A stretch of 64,000 bases of DNA from assembly GCA_964634305.1 (NCBI GenBank), contig CAZWLE010000001.1, positions 1,128-65,127 of the forward strand. Direction: 5' to 3'. Below, one piece after another: positions 37,059-47,164 of the stretch. Position 1 is the stretch's first letter, and each line of letters opens with the position of its first letter. The notes below the pieces were generated by a model. It saw nothing but the letters and a program-made list of their open reading frames with translations, did no database searches and was not told where the DNA came from. The position numbers and the translations under genes were made by a program. This DNA is from an uncultured Candidatus Saccharibacteria bacterium. Lineage in GTDB: Bacteria; Patescibacteriota; Minisyncoccia; Phycocordibacterales; Phycocordibacteraceae.

Positions 37059-37547
37059 ATGACCAAGGAAGCACCCGTGAATGTGACCCCAACCGCTATA
37101 GCTGTCGCGATAGCCGTGGTAGTAGCAATTGGATTCCTGTTCTTCGGCTCAGCTATCTTTACGCCGTTTTCACCGCCTGCCGGTGAGACGATGGAGATGA
37201 CGGCCGATTCTAATAATCAAGGTAACGGCACATCAATGATTACGGATACGGTGGTAGGAACGGGCGAGGTAGCAGTACCTGGTAAGACGGTAACGCTCAA
37301 TTACGTTGGTATGTTTGAAGACGGCACCATCTTTGATGCAAGTGAGCGTCATGGTCAGCCAATCTCCTTCGTACTCGGACAGGGCATGGTGATTCAGGGA
37401 TGGGAGCAGGGTATTGAAGGTATGAAGGTTGGCGGTAAGCGTCATCTTGTTATTCCTCCAGAACTCGCCTACGGCGCCGCTGGTCGCGGTTCTATCCCAC
37501 CAAACTCTACGCTCGTCTTCGACGTCGAGTTGCTTGAAGTTCGCTAG
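37059..37547 (+). CDS. FKBP-type peptidyl-prolyl cis-trans isomerase (membrane-anchored)
   Basis: N-terminal TM segment and FKBP core (VTLNYVGMFEDGTIFDAS ... VIPPELAYG). Confidence 0.75.
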   Translation: MTKEAPVNVTPTAIAVAIAVVVAIGFLFFGSAIFTPFSPPAGETMEMTADSNNQGNGTSMITDTVVGTGEVAVPGKTVTLNYVGMFEDGTIFDASERHGQPISFVLGQGMVIQGWEQGIEGMKVGGKRHLVIPPELAYGAAGRGSIPPNSTLVFDVELLEVR

Positions 37548-37592
37548 CACTCGCGCTTGCCGCTACGTGCGGCTGTAGCGTAAGGTGCTCGT

Positions 37593-38816
37593 ATGGACCG
37601 CCCGATAGCATTTGCCATAGGCGCGCGCGAAGGTCGCGCGCGCTCTGGCGTACTTACAACGCCTCATGGCGTCATAGAAACCCCTGCGTTCGTGCCGGTC
37701 GGAACTAAGGCCGATGTAAAGGGAGTATTTCCAAGCGCGCTCAAGGCTCTCGGTGCCCAGGTAGTGCTCGCTAACACCTATCATCTCTATTTGCAGCCAG
37801 GCGCCGACATTGTAAAAGCGGGCGGCGGTCTCGCCTCCTTTATGAACTGGGAAGGCCCTACCATGACTGACTCTGGTGGCTTTCAGGTCTTCTCGCTTGG
37901 CGCAGGTTTTGGCAAGAAAGTATCTAAATTTTCTGCCGAAGACGCGTCAGTAGATGAAGGCGTTACGGTCTTTGATGATGATGTAGCGTCGCAGCATGGG
38001 CAGCTTGCGATTGTGGATGATGAAGGTGTCACCTTTACCTCGCACCACGACGGCTCTCTTCATCGCTTTACGCCAGAACGCTCCATAGAGATTCAGCACG
38101 CACTAGGCGCAGATATGTTCTTTGCGTTTGATGAGTGTACGGCACCAACGGAATCCTACGAGTATCAGAAGGAAGCGATGTACCGCACGCATCGGTGGGC
38201 TGAGCGTTCGCTAAAAGCGCATCGACAGGACATTGAGGCGAACCGTCGCCAGGGTATTTTTGGCATTGCACAGGGTGGACAGTTTGATGATTTACGAAAA
38301 ATTAGTGCGCGCGAGATTGGCGCTATGGGATTTGATGGCTTTGGCCTTGGTGGCTCGTTTAGCAAAAAGTACGGGGATGACTCGCTTGAGTCAGCACTCC
38401 GCATGCTCGACGAGATTCCTCCAGAGATGCCGGTGCATGGTCTTGGGGTGGGAGAGCCAACCGATGTGCTGCTTGGTATCGCGCATGGCGTGGATACATT
38501 TGATTGCGTTGCAGCAACGCGTATTGGTCGCCACGGATCAATCTATACTCGTCGTGGTATCCGTCATCTGCGTGGGGAAGACTATCGAACCGATTATGGT
38601 CCTCTCGACCCAGAAACTATCGTTCCGGGTACCGAAGGCTTTACGCGTGCCTACGTCTCTCACCTGGTGCGGTCAAAGGAAATGCTTGGCTCAATTATTT
38701 GTTCGATACATAACCTTGGCTTCATTCTTTCGCTGGTGGATGGTGCTCGAGAGGCGATTAAGGAGGGACGGTTTGCTGCGTACCGTGACTCCTTCTTGTC
38801 CGACTACACGGCTTGA
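37593..38816 (+). CDS. tgt: Queuine tRNA-ribosyltransferase (tRNA-guanine transglycosylase)
   Basis: LTTPHGVIETPAFVPVGT, DSGGFQV, catalytic Asp region and zinc-site region. Length 407 aa with an insertion. Confidence 0.85.
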   Translation: MDRPIAFAIGAREGRARSGVLTTPHGVIETPAFVPVGTKADVKGVFPSALKALGAQVVLANTYHLYLQPGADIVKAGGGLASFMNWEGPTMTDSGGFQVFSLGAGFGKKVSKFSAEDASVDEGVTVFDDDVASQHGQLAIVDDEGVTFTSHHDGSLHRFTPERSIEIQHALGADMFFAFDECTAPTESYEYQKEAMYRTHRWAERSLKAHRQDIEANRRQGIFGIAQGGQFDDLRKISAREIGAMGFDGFGLGGSFSKKYGDDSLESALRMLDEIPPEMPVHGLGVGEPTDVLLGIAHGVDTFDCVAATRIGRHGSIYTRRGIRHLRGEDYRTDYGPLDPETIVPGTEGFTRAYVSHLVRSKEMLGSIICSIHNLGFILSLVDGAREAIKEGRFAAYRDSFLSDYTA

Positions 38817-38907
38817 TTTCTAAAAAAGGTACGGCATAGTACGCAGGTTGTCCGTGAGCTCGGACAGCAATACGCCCTTGGGGGCTATTTTTGAGAAGGA
38901 ACGCACC

Positions 38908-39117
38908 ATGCAGCAAGCTCTTTCGACTCCCGACCAACTGGATGTGATTCGTTTCCTCCTGTCGGCCGCCGAAGTCGGCGAGATGCATCCGGGCCTCGGC
39001 GACGCGCTCGCCGACAACACCTCCGACGCCGTTCTCGTGGAGGCGTACCGGACGCCCATTGCGACGGTGTACAAGAAGCTCGACACCAAGACGAAGCCGA
39101 AGGCGCGCGCCGTCTGA
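38908..39117 (+). CDS. Hypothetical small protein in a locally GC-rich segment
   Basis: The ORF from the internal ATG is about 70 aa. It is followed by two hairpin terminators, one with a TTTTT tail. No recognisable domain. Confidence 0.25.
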   Translation: MQQALSTPDQLDVIRFLLSAAEVGEMHPGLGDALADNTSDAVLVEAYRTPIATVYKKLDTKTKPKARAV

Positions 39118-39254
39118 CGCATCGGGAACGGGAGCGGCACGAGCCGCTCCCGAACCCACCCAAAGCGACCTGAGGAGACTCAGGCGTTTTTCATATATAC
39201 ACGAGGAGGCGGGACACATGCCCGTCTCCGCATCTTGCGGTTAACGACAATGAA

Positions 39255-39283
39255 CGCTCCCGGTCCTGCCGGGGGCGTTTTTG
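39255..39283 (+). terminator. Hairpin plus T-tract about 17 nt upstream of the uvrB ATG (terminator/attenuator)
   Basis: CGCTCCCGG-tcctg-CCGGGGGCG followed by TTTTTG. Confidence 0.4.
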
Positions 39284-39299
39284 TTATACTGACTAGCCA

Positions 39300-41363
39300 A
39301 TGGCCAATTTTAAGCTTCACACTCCTTTTCCTCCGGCAGGTGACCAGCCGGAAGCTATCAAAGCACTTACTAAAGGTGTTGCGGACGGTCTCATGCATCA
39401 GACCCTTCTTGGGGCGACGGGTACCGGAAAGACCTACAGTGTCGCAAACGTAATTGCAGCGGTTGATAAGCCGACGCTCGTCTTGGCGCATAACAAAACG
39501 CTCGCGGCACAGCTTGCGCAGGAGTATCGCGAGTTTTTCCCTGAGAACGCAGTGCACTACTTCGTTTCCTACTACGACTTCTATCAGCCAGAAGCATATA
39601 TCGCGCACTCTGATACCTACATTGAGAAAGAAGCACAGATTAATGCAGAGATTGATCGTCTACGTCATGCGACCGCACAGTCCTTGCTGACGCGTAAGGA
39701 TGTGATTGTGGTGGCTTCTGTATCTGCTATCTATGGTCTCGGGTCACCAAAGGAGTACGCGAACGCTATTTTGAAACTGGAGAAAGGTGGGGAAGAGAAT
39801 CGTGCGGCACTCGTGCGTAAACTGGTGAATATTTATTTCGAGCGCACCAATGCTGACCTTCTCCCAGGTACCTTTCGCGCGGTTGGTAACAGCCTCGAGC
39901 TCATGCCGGTCAACGAGCAGGTTATCTTCCGCTTTGCATTCGACGGCTCGCAGATTGCCGCTATTGAGTGCTTGGACCCGGTGAGTCGTGCCAAGAAGAG
40001 CGAACCCGATTCCCTCTTTGTGTTTCCTGCTAAGCACTTTGTGACCACTGAAGATGACCGCAATCGCGCGATGGAAGACATTAAGCTTGAACTTGATGAA
40101 CAACTAGAACGATTTAAGCGTCTTGAAAAACCGCTTGAGGCAGAGCGCTTGAAGCGCCGCACGCTCCATGACCTCGCGCTTATACGCGAGATTGGCTACA
40201 CGAACGGTATTGAGAACTATTCGCGTCACTTTGACGGACGTAGCGCGGGTGAGCCACCACACACCCTCCTTTCGTACTTCCCGCACAAGAAGGATGGAAG
40301 TCCCGACTTCCTTACGGTCGTCGACGAATCGCACGTCACCATTCCGCAGATAGGCGGCATGTTTGCGGGAGACCGTTCTCGTAAGGACAACTTGGTGGAA
40401 TTTGGATTCCGTCTCCCGTCTGCACGCGATAACCGTCCCCTTACCTTTGATGAGTTTGAGACGCGTGTCGGTCAGCGCATCTACACCTCTGCAACCCCAG
40501 GACAGTATGAGAAAGAGCACTCAGTGGCTCCCCACGGACAAATCGTGCAGCAGATTATTCGTCCGACGGGTCTCGTTGACCCAGAGCTCACGATTCGTCC
40601 GGTTGCGGAAACGGGTGAGTACAAGGGTCAAATTGCTGACTTCATTGCTGAAACCGAAGCCGTGATTGCTCGCGGTGGTCGTGCCATTGCGACAACGCTC
40701 ACGAAGCAGATGGCAGAAGACCTCACCGAATTTCTTAAGGAGCGCAAGATTAAGGCGGAGTACCTTCACTCTGATGTGAAGACCATAGACCGCATCACAA
40801 TTCTTACGGAGTTCCGTAAAGGTACATTCGATATTCTTATCGGTGTGAATCTCTTGCGTGAAGGCCTCGACCTTCCGGAGGTAGAGCTCGTTGGTATTCT
40901 CGACGCCGATAAGGAAGGCTTCCTCCGCTCTGAAACCTCGCTTATTCAGACCATAGGGCGCGCCGCACGTAACGTGCTTGGCCGTGTGATTCTCTATGCC
41001 GATGTGATGACCGGGTCACTGACGCGCGCTATTGAGGAAACCAACCGTCGTCGCGCTATACAGCTCGCATACAACGAGAAGCACGGCATTACGCCAAAGA
41101 CGGTGGTAAAGAAAATCCACGATATTGCTGAAGGCATGCGCAGTGAGCACGACAAAACAGTTAATGCGTTGCTCTCGCTTGATAAGAAGCTGTTTGAGAA
41201 GGACCCAGAACGCTTTGCAAAGGAACTTCGTGCACGCATGGCAGAGGCAGTAGAGTCTTTAGATTTTGAGACCGCTGCCCTTATTCGCGATGAGCTCTAC
41301 GAGTTGGAAGGGAACGCACCGAAGACCAAGAAGCTTCGCAAGAAGCGATTTGGCACAGGATAA
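39300..41363 (+). CDS. uvrB: Excinuclease ABC subunit B
   Basis: SF2 helicase motifs (GATGTGKT, DESH), a beta-hairpin region and a C-terminal UVR domain (ALIRDELYELEG). Length 687 aa. Confidence 0.95.
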   Translation: MANFKLHTPFPPAGDQPEAIKALTKGVADGLMHQTLLGATGTGKTYSVANVIAAVDKPTLVLAHNKTLAAQLAQEYREFFPENAVHYFVSYYDFYQPEAYIAHSDTYIEKEAQINAEIDRLRHATAQSLLTRKDVIVVASVSAIYGLGSPKEYANAILKLEKGGEENRAALVRKLVNIYFERTNADLLPGTFRAVGNSLELMPVNEQVIFRFAFDGSQIAAIECLDPVSRAKKSEPDSLFVFPAKHFVTTEDDRNRAMEDIKLELDEQLERFKRLEKPLEAERLKRRTLHDLALIREIGYTNGIENYSRHFDGRSAGEPPHTLLSYFPHKKDGSPDFLTVVDESHVTIPQIGGMFAGDRSRKDNLVEFGFRLPSARDNRPLTFDEFETRVGQRIYTSATPGQYEKEHSVAPHGQIVQQIIRPTGLVDPELTIRPVAETGEYKGQIADFIAETEAVIARGGRAIATTLTKQMAEDLTEFLKERKIKAEYLHSDVKTIDRITILTEFRKGTFDILIGVNLLREGLDLPEVELVGILDADKEGFLRSETSLIQTIGRAARNVLGRVILYADVMTGSLTRAIEETNRRRAIQLAYNEKHGITPKTVVKKIHDIAEGMRSEHDKTVNALLSLDKKLFEKDPERFAKELRARMAEAVESLDFETAALIRDELYELEGNAPKTKKLRKKRFGTG

Positions 41364-41381
41364 GGGTGCTACCATTACGTC

Positions 41382-42473
41382 ATGAGCTTTAGGGCTATCC
41401 TTGGCATTGTCCTCGTTGTAGCGGTGGCCATCGCTATTGCCGTCATTGTTCTCACGATGGTGTACCTTCGTGTGGAAGTAACCGCTCTCTTTTCAACAGA
41501 GGTTGCTCTTGAGATTCAACACTCCCTTTCTCGCATACTGATGATGCAGGCCGGTGCACTACTCGCGCTCACCATCATTCTTTCAGGAGCCACTTTTATG
41601 ATTGTAGGTTCTCTCGTTGCAAAGCCGTTAAAGCGCCTTGCACATGCTATTGATACCTACGCTGAAACAGGCACACGAGAAGAAATCCCTGGTATTAGTG
41701 AAGCACCGACGGAAATTCGTCGGATTGCAGTGTCGTTCGATAAGTTGATTGAGCGACTCGATATGTCACATAAGCGTGATACGGAAATGGCACGAGTGAA
41801 GTCTGACTTTATTTCAACCGCTGCGCACCAATTTCGTACACCCCTGACCGGTATTCGCTGGGCTCTTGAAGCACTCCAGAAGGAACAACTAACGGAGAGC
41901 CAGAAGGCTCTTGTGGAGAGTGCCGTTGGTAAGTCAAAGGATTTGGTGGGTATTGTAGGTACGTTGCTCGATGTCTCTGCGATAGAGTCAGGGAAGTATA
42001 AATATGCGTTCCAGCCTACCGACATCGATGCTCTTCTTAAAGAACTTGCAACGGATTTTGGTCCCCTTGCGGCTAAAACCCAGGTATCCCTTTTTTATTC
42101 GCATGAGTCTCCCGGTGCCATCATGGCGCGTGCTGACCGCGAACGCATTAAGTGGGTGCTAAACAATCTCATTGAGAACGCAATTACCTACACGCCCGCA
42201 GGCGGTACGGTCCGTATTTCTATGGAGGAATCAGAACAGCGCATTTATGTGCGCGTGAAGGATACCGGTATCGGTATTCTTGCTACTGACCGCGCTAACA
42301 TCTTTGAGCGCTTCTACCGTGCACAGAACGCTATTGCTAAGCAAAACCAAGGGAACGGTCTTGGCCTCTATATCGCTCGCACTATCGCTACCGACCATGG
42401 CGGAGAGCTCAATTTTGCGCCAAATGAGGAGGGCCCAGGTACTACCTTCACTCTCTCCTTGCCACGAGCGTAG
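41382..42473 (+). CDS. Sensor histidine kinase (2 TM, HAMP-like linker, HisKA, HATPase_c)
   Basis: H-box STAAHQFRTPL, N-box NLIENAITYT, and G1/G2 boxes (DTGIGI; GNGLGL). Confidence 0.8.
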   Translation: MSFRAILGIVLVVAVAIAIAVIVLTMVYLRVEVTALFSTEVALEIQHSLSRILMMQAGALLALTIILSGATFMIVGSLVAKPLKRLAHAIDTYAETGTREEIPGISEAPTEIRRIAVSFDKLIERLDMSHKRDTEMARVKSDFISTAAHQFRTPLTGIRWALEALQKEQLTESQKALVESAVGKSKDLVGIVGTLLDVSAIESGKYKYAFQPTDIDALLKELATDFGPLAAKTQVSLFYSHESPGAIMARADRERIKWVLNNLIENAITYTPAGGTVRISMEESEQRIYVRVKDTGIGILATDRANIFERFYRAQNAIAKQNQGNGLGLYIARTIATDHGGELNFAPNEEGPGTTFTLSLPRA

Positions 42474-42491
42474 AGTGCTATCATTGAGGCT

Positions 42492-42899
42492 ATGGCTGAC
42501 ACTAAGTTTATCCTCGTCGTTGAGGACGACCCTATCCTCAAGAACCTCCTTGGGCACACCTTTGCAGGAAAGTACCAGACGCTCTACGCGTCTGACGGTA
42601 ATGAAGCACTTTCGCTCTTTGAGGCGAATAAGCCGTCACTCGTACTTCTCGACCTCATGCTGCCAACCATGGATGGGTTTGCAGTCCTTGAAACTATCCG
42701 AAAGCGCACAGATGCATTGAAAGATGTGCCAATTATTGTCGTCTCCAACCTTGGCGCTGATACCGATAAGGAACGTGCGAAGACGCTTGGCGCGACGGAA
42801 TACCTCGTGAAGGCAGAAGTATCAGTAGAAGAAATTGTTGCGAAGATTGAAGGCATGCTCGCGACTCTTTCTGCCACAGAAGCGACTCCTGCCGCATAA
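42492..42899 (+). CDS. Single-domain response regulator (CheY-like receiver only)
   Basis: Receiver fold with EDD acidic pocket, phospho-acceptor D in LVLLDLMLP, and conserved T/K positions. No output domain. Length 135 aa. Confidence 0.8.
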   Translation: MADTKFILVVEDDPILKNLLGHTFAGKYQTLYASDGNEALSLFEANKPSLVLLDLMLPTMDGFAVLETIRKRTDALKDVPIIVVSNLGADTDKERAKTLGATEYLVKAEVSVEEIVAKIEGMLATLSATEATPAA

Positions 42900-42979
42900 C
42901 GTGTGTAGTCGCTTGGGATAACCCAATTTGCTATACTCCATACTGAACCGGTCCCGCCAAGGACTGGCTATTCTCATAG

Positions 42980-45613
42980 ATGACGGCAAAGAAACCAAAA
43001 CCTGAGCACGAGCAATTCACCGGAGAAGACTGGATTACGGTGAAGGGTGCGCGTACCCACAACCTCAAAAACCTCTCGGTAGAAATGCCACGAGGGACTA
43101 TGACTGTGCTTACCGGTCTATCTGGCTCAGGTAAGTCATCACTTGCCTTCGACACTATTTTTGCCGAAGGACAGCGTCGCTATGTAGAAAGCCTCTCCGC
43201 GTACGCTCGCCAGTTCTTGAATCAGATGCAAAAGCCAGACGTGGATGAAATCACGGGCCTCTCTCCAGCTATCTCTATTGATCAGAAATCACGCTCCAAT
43301 AACCCACGTTCAACGGTAGCAACGGTTACGGAAATCTATGACTATCTGCGCGTGCTCTATGCGCGTGCAGGTCAGCCGTACTGTGTAAATCACGATGTGC
43401 CTATTTCAAAACTCTCTAAGGAAGAAATGATTGGCATGGTGATGAAGCGAGTAAGTGAGAAGACGAATCCAAAGGGAGAGAAGGTGATGGATGTGACGCT
43501 TGATAGGACACAGGTGGTGCTCTATGCGCCGGTCGTGGTTGGTCGTAAGGGCGAGTACTACCAGCTGCTCTATGACCTCCTTGGTAAGGGATACGAACGC
43601 GTTGTCATCGACGGTAAGCAGCAGTCACTTCGTGAGAAGGTGTCGCTCGACCGTAACAAGCGCCATGACATTGATGCGGTCGTAGACTCTATTTTTGTTT
43701 CTGAGTTCGCTCGTACCCCTGATGCAGCGCGTGAGCGTCTCTCAGAAGCGCTTGAGCTCGCACTCAAAGAAAGCGATGGGCTTGTAAAGATTGGTCATGC
43801 TGACGGCACAGTAGAAACCCTTTCTTCTCGCTTTATCTGTCCCGAGGATGGTGCGTCCTTCCCAGAAGTAGAGCCACGTCTCTTCTCGTTTAATAGTCCG
43901 TACGGTGCTTGTCCTACCTGTAACGGTCTTGGCACGGAGTCACTTTTTTCAGATGCGATTTGTCCTGAATGTAACGGAAAGCGTCTTCGTCCTGAGGCAC
44001 TGCGTGTCTACCTCAAGGATAAGAAGGACAAGACGCTCGGCAAGAACGTCGTTGAAGTGACGCATATGTCGATAAAAGAAGCGAAAGACTTCATGGATGG
44101 TCTCCATCTCTCTGAAATGCGTGCAGAGATTGCGGCGCCAATCATTCGCGAAATCACCTCTCGCTTGGAGTTCATGCTAAATGTGGGTCTTGATTACCTT
44201 ACCCTCGACCGTTCTGCAGCGACCTTGTCTGGCGGTGAAGCGCAGCGTATTCGTCTTGCTTCGCAGCTTGGTACGGGACTCGTAGGTGCGTTGTACGTGC
44301 TTGATGAGCCAACGATTGGTCTCCATCAACGCGATAACGACCGCCTTATCAAAACGCTCATATCATTGAAGGAGCTTGGTAATACGATTCTTGTCGTTGA
44401 GCACGACGAAGATACGATTTATGCGGCTGATTACATCGTAGACATTGGTCCTGGAGCGGGCGTTCATGGCGGTACGGTTGTCGCCTCTGGATGGCTTGAT
44501 GAACTGCTTACCGCTCCAAAAAACACCTCAGGTTCACTCACGCTGTCCTATCTTCGTGGGGAGAAGGAAATAGCCGTACCAGAAGAGCGTCGTACGAGTG
44601 AAAAGGGGACGATTAAGGTGCGTGGTGCAACGCTGCACAATCTTAAGAATCAGAATGTTGATGTGCCGCTTGGTAAGCTCGTGTGCATCACGGGCGTATC
44701 AGGTTCCGGTAAATCAACGTTCCTGTACGACATTCTCCATAAGAATGTAGCGGCACGCTTTGCTAAGCGCGAGGCGAAGCCAGAACATATCGCCTCTATT
44801 ACCGGTACTGAGTACGTCTCTCGTACGGTACTCATCGACCAGTCTCCGATTGGTCGTACGCCACGCTCTAACCCTGCCACGTACACCGGTGCATTCACGC
44901 ATATTCGTGACCTCTTTGCGGCAACGCCTGAAGCACGTGCACGTGGCTGGAAGCCAGGACGCTTCTCGTTCAACGTTGCAGGTGGCCGTTGTGAGACCTG
45001 TCAGGGTAATGGCGTTATTGCAGTTGAGATGCACTTCTTGCCGACCGTCTATGTGACCTGTGACGTCTGTAACGGTACGCGGTTTATGAAAGAGACGCTG
45101 GAGGTTCGTTATCGTCAGAAGAACATCTTTGAAGTACTGCAGATGACGATTGAAGAGGCAGAGACCTTCTTCAAAGATATTCCGGCTATTCAGGAGCGTT
45201 TGGAGCAGCTCAACCTCACGGGTCTTGAATACCTCACGCTCGGTCAGTCAGCCACCACGCTATCAGGCGGTGAAGCACAGCGCGTGAAGATTGCGTCTGA
45301 ACTCTATCGTCCGACGACCGCAAAGACGCTCTACCTTCTCGATGAGCCAACCGTAGGACTCCACTACGAGGACGTTCGTAAATTGATTGAAATCCTTCAG
45401 GAGCTTGTGCGCCGTGGCAACACCGTTGTAGTTATTGAGCACAATCTCGACCTCATTAAGTGCGCTGACTATCTCATCGACTTTGGTCCAGAAGGAGGCG
45501 TTGGTGGCGGTAAGGTGGTTGCAAAGGGTACACCAGAGGAAGTTGCAGATACTGAGGGCTCACACACTGGAGAATATCTTTCAAAGATGTTCCGTAAGAA
45601 AAAGAAGAAATAG
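42980..45613 (+). CDS. uvrA: Excinuclease ABC subunit A
   Basis: Two ABC ATPase modules, each with Walker A (GLSGSGKSS; GVSGSGKST), LSGGE signatures and interdigitated zinc fingers (CPTCNGLG; CETCQGNG). Length 877 aa. Confidence 0.95.
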   Translation: MTAKKPKPEHEQFTGEDWITVKGARTHNLKNLSVEMPRGTMTVLTGLSGSGKSSLAFDTIFAEGQRRYVESLSAYARQFLNQMQKPDVDEITGLSPAISIDQKSRSNNPRSTVATVTEIYDYLRVLYARAGQPYCVNHDVPISKLSKEEMIGMVMKRVSEKTNPKGEKVMDVTLDRTQVVLYAPVVVGRKGEYYQLLYDLLGKGYERVVIDGKQQSLREKVSLDRNKRHDIDAVVDSIFVSEFARTPDAARERLSEALELALKESDGLVKIGHADGTVETLSSRFICPEDGASFPEVEPRLFSFNSPYGACPTCNGLGTESLFSDAICPECNGKRLRPEALRVYLKDKKDKTLGKNVVEVTHMSIKEAKDFMDGLHLSEMRAEIAAPIIREITSRLEFMLNVGLDYLTLDRSAATLSGGEAQRIRLASQLGTGLVGALYVLDEPTIGLHQRDNDRLIKTLISLKELGNTILVVEHDEDTIYAADYIVDIGPGAGVHGGTVVASGWLDELLTAPKNTSGSLTLSYLRGEKEIAVPEERRTSEKGTIKVRGATLHNLKNQNVDVPLGKLVCITGVSGSGKSTFLYDILHKNVAARFAKREAKPEHIASITGTEYVSRTVLIDQSPIGRTPRSNPATYTGAFTHIRDLFAATPEARARGWKPGRFSFNVAGGRCETCQGNGVIAVEMHFLPTVYVTCDVCNGTRFMKETLEVRYRQKNIFEVLQMTIEEAETFFKDIPAIQERLEQLNLTGLEYLTLGQSATTLSGGEAQRVKIASELYRPTTAKTLYLLDEPTVGLHYEDVRKLIEILQELVRRGNTVVVIEHNLDLIKCADYLIDFGPEGGVGGGKVVAKGTPEEVADTEGSHTGEYLSKMFRKKKKK

Positions 45614-45747
45614 CAATCGGCGCGACTAGGTCATAGTCACGCCGGCGCTTCGGAATGAGCTGGTTCCCGATAAAGGGAGCTGAATCCGTTGCATGCGCAC
45701 AATACCTTAATATTTTAGAGTGTCAAATTTGATGGTACTATAGGCAT

Positions 45748-47040
45748 ATGCAGCGTGCAGAGTTAGCGAAATTCGAGCTTCCTGACTGTCCTGGCGTCTA
45801 CCTATTCACGAAGGGTAAAGGACGGTCAAAAAAGATTCTCTATGTAGGTAAAGCAACGTCGCTTCGGGACCGTACCCGAAGCTATTTTGACGATGACCTC
45901 ATAGCAACGCGTGGGCCTCGCATCGTCGATATGGTCACACTTGCTGACGGTATCAGCTATGAGACGGCACCGACCGTGCTTGAGGCGCTTGTGCGTGAAG
46001 CAGCGCTTATTCGTGAGCATCGTCCCAAGGCGAATGTTGAAGGGAAGGACGATAAGACGTTTTTGTATGCCGTCATTACTGACGAATCCATCCCGCGCGT
46101 GCTTGCGGTTCGTGGTGGAGAGCTTGATTTCAAAAAGAAGTGTTGGAACACCTCACCAAAGGTGAAACTCCGCGCTATCCATGGTCCGTTCCCGTCTGGG
46201 TATCAGCTGCGCGAGGCATTGCGTCTTATTCGTCGTATTTTCCCCTTCTACGACACGCAGCGGCCGGTAGGTGAAGGTTCTCGCTTTACGGAAGGCAAGG
46301 TGGAATTCAATCGTCAAATTGGTCAGTACCCGCGTGACCTCGACCGTACGGGCTATCTTCGCTCCATACGAAACGTATCCATGTATCTGTCTGGACGGGT
46401 GAAAACGCTTCGTAAGGACCTGGAGAAGCAGATGCGGGACGCAGTGAAAGCAGAGCGCTTTGAAGACGCAGGACTTGCCCGTAATCAGCTGTTTGCGCTC
46501 GACCATGTCCAAGATATCTCTCTTATCCGTGAAGACCGCAAAGAGGAGCAAGATGAGCCACGTATTGAGGCATATGACACGGCACATCTTTCAGGCACGA
46601 ACGCGATAGGCGTCATGGTGGTTATTGAGAATGGTCTCCCTAACAAGAAGGAGTACCGCACCTTCCGTATTCGTGGCTGGGGTGGCACTGCAGTAAGCGC
46701 GGGAGGTAAGCAGGTAAAGCAGCTCAATGACGACATTGCGTCGCTGAAGGAATTGCTCTCACGTCGATTTGGCCATCCAGAATGGCAGTACCCGAAGGCG
46801 ATTGTCGTGGACGGCGGTAAGACGCATAAGAAAGCAGCAGAAGAAACACTTGCAGAGATGGGCATCAAGATTCCCGTTATTGCGGTGGTAAAAGACGAGA
46901 AGCACCGCCCCCGTGAGGTTATTGGAAGTCTTCGCGCGGGTATTCCTGATGCGTCGGTGGTGCTTGCAAACTCTGAGGCGCATCGCTTCTCCATCACGCT
47001 TCATAGGAAGGCACGCTCTCGGCGTATGCGGGCAGCTTGA
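45748..47040 (+). CDS. uvrC: Excinuclease ABC subunit C, compact form
   Basis: N-terminal GIY-YIG (GVYLFTKGKGRSKKILYVGKATSLRDR), UVR domain (RFEDAGLARNQLFAL) and RNase H-like endonuclease domain (RIEAYDTAHLSGTNAIGVMVV). Only 430 aa with no C-terminal (HhH)2. Confidence 0.8.
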   Translation: MQRAELAKFELPDCPGVYLFTKGKGRSKKILYVGKATSLRDRTRSYFDDDLIATRGPRIVDMVTLADGISYETAPTVLEALVREAALIREHRPKANVEGKDDKTFLYAVITDESIPRVLAVRGGELDFKKKCWNTSPKVKLRAIHGPFPSGYQLREALRLIRRIFPFYDTQRPVGEGSRFTEGKVEFNRQIGQYPRDLDRTGYLRSIRNVSMYLSGRVKTLRKDLEKQMRDAVKAERFEDAGLARNQLFALDHVQDISLIREDRKEEQDEPRIEAYDTAHLSGTNAIGVMVVIENGLPNKKEYRTFRIRGWGGTAVSAGGKQVKQLNDDIASLKELLSRRFGHPEWQYPKAIVVDGGKTHKKAAEETLAEMGIKIPVIAVVKDEKHRPREVIGSLRAGIPDASVVLANSEAHRFSITLHRKARSRRMRAA

Positions 47041-47117
47041 CGTACCACTTCGTTAGGTAGAGACTACGCAAGTCACGTGGTGCCAAGCCAGCGCCCCTCG
47101 GCTGATGGCAGGTGACA

Positions 47118-47150
47118 GGCGACGTCTTTCGGGACGTCGCCTTTTCCTTT
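47118..47150 (+). terminator. Strong intrinsic terminator after uvrC
   Basis: A perfect 9-bp stem GGCGACGTC-tttcgg-GACGTCGCC followed by TTTTCCTTT. It lies inside the track's longer ddl ORF, supporting the downstream ddl start. Confidence 0.6.
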
Positions 47151-47164
47151 GGTACACTAGTCGT

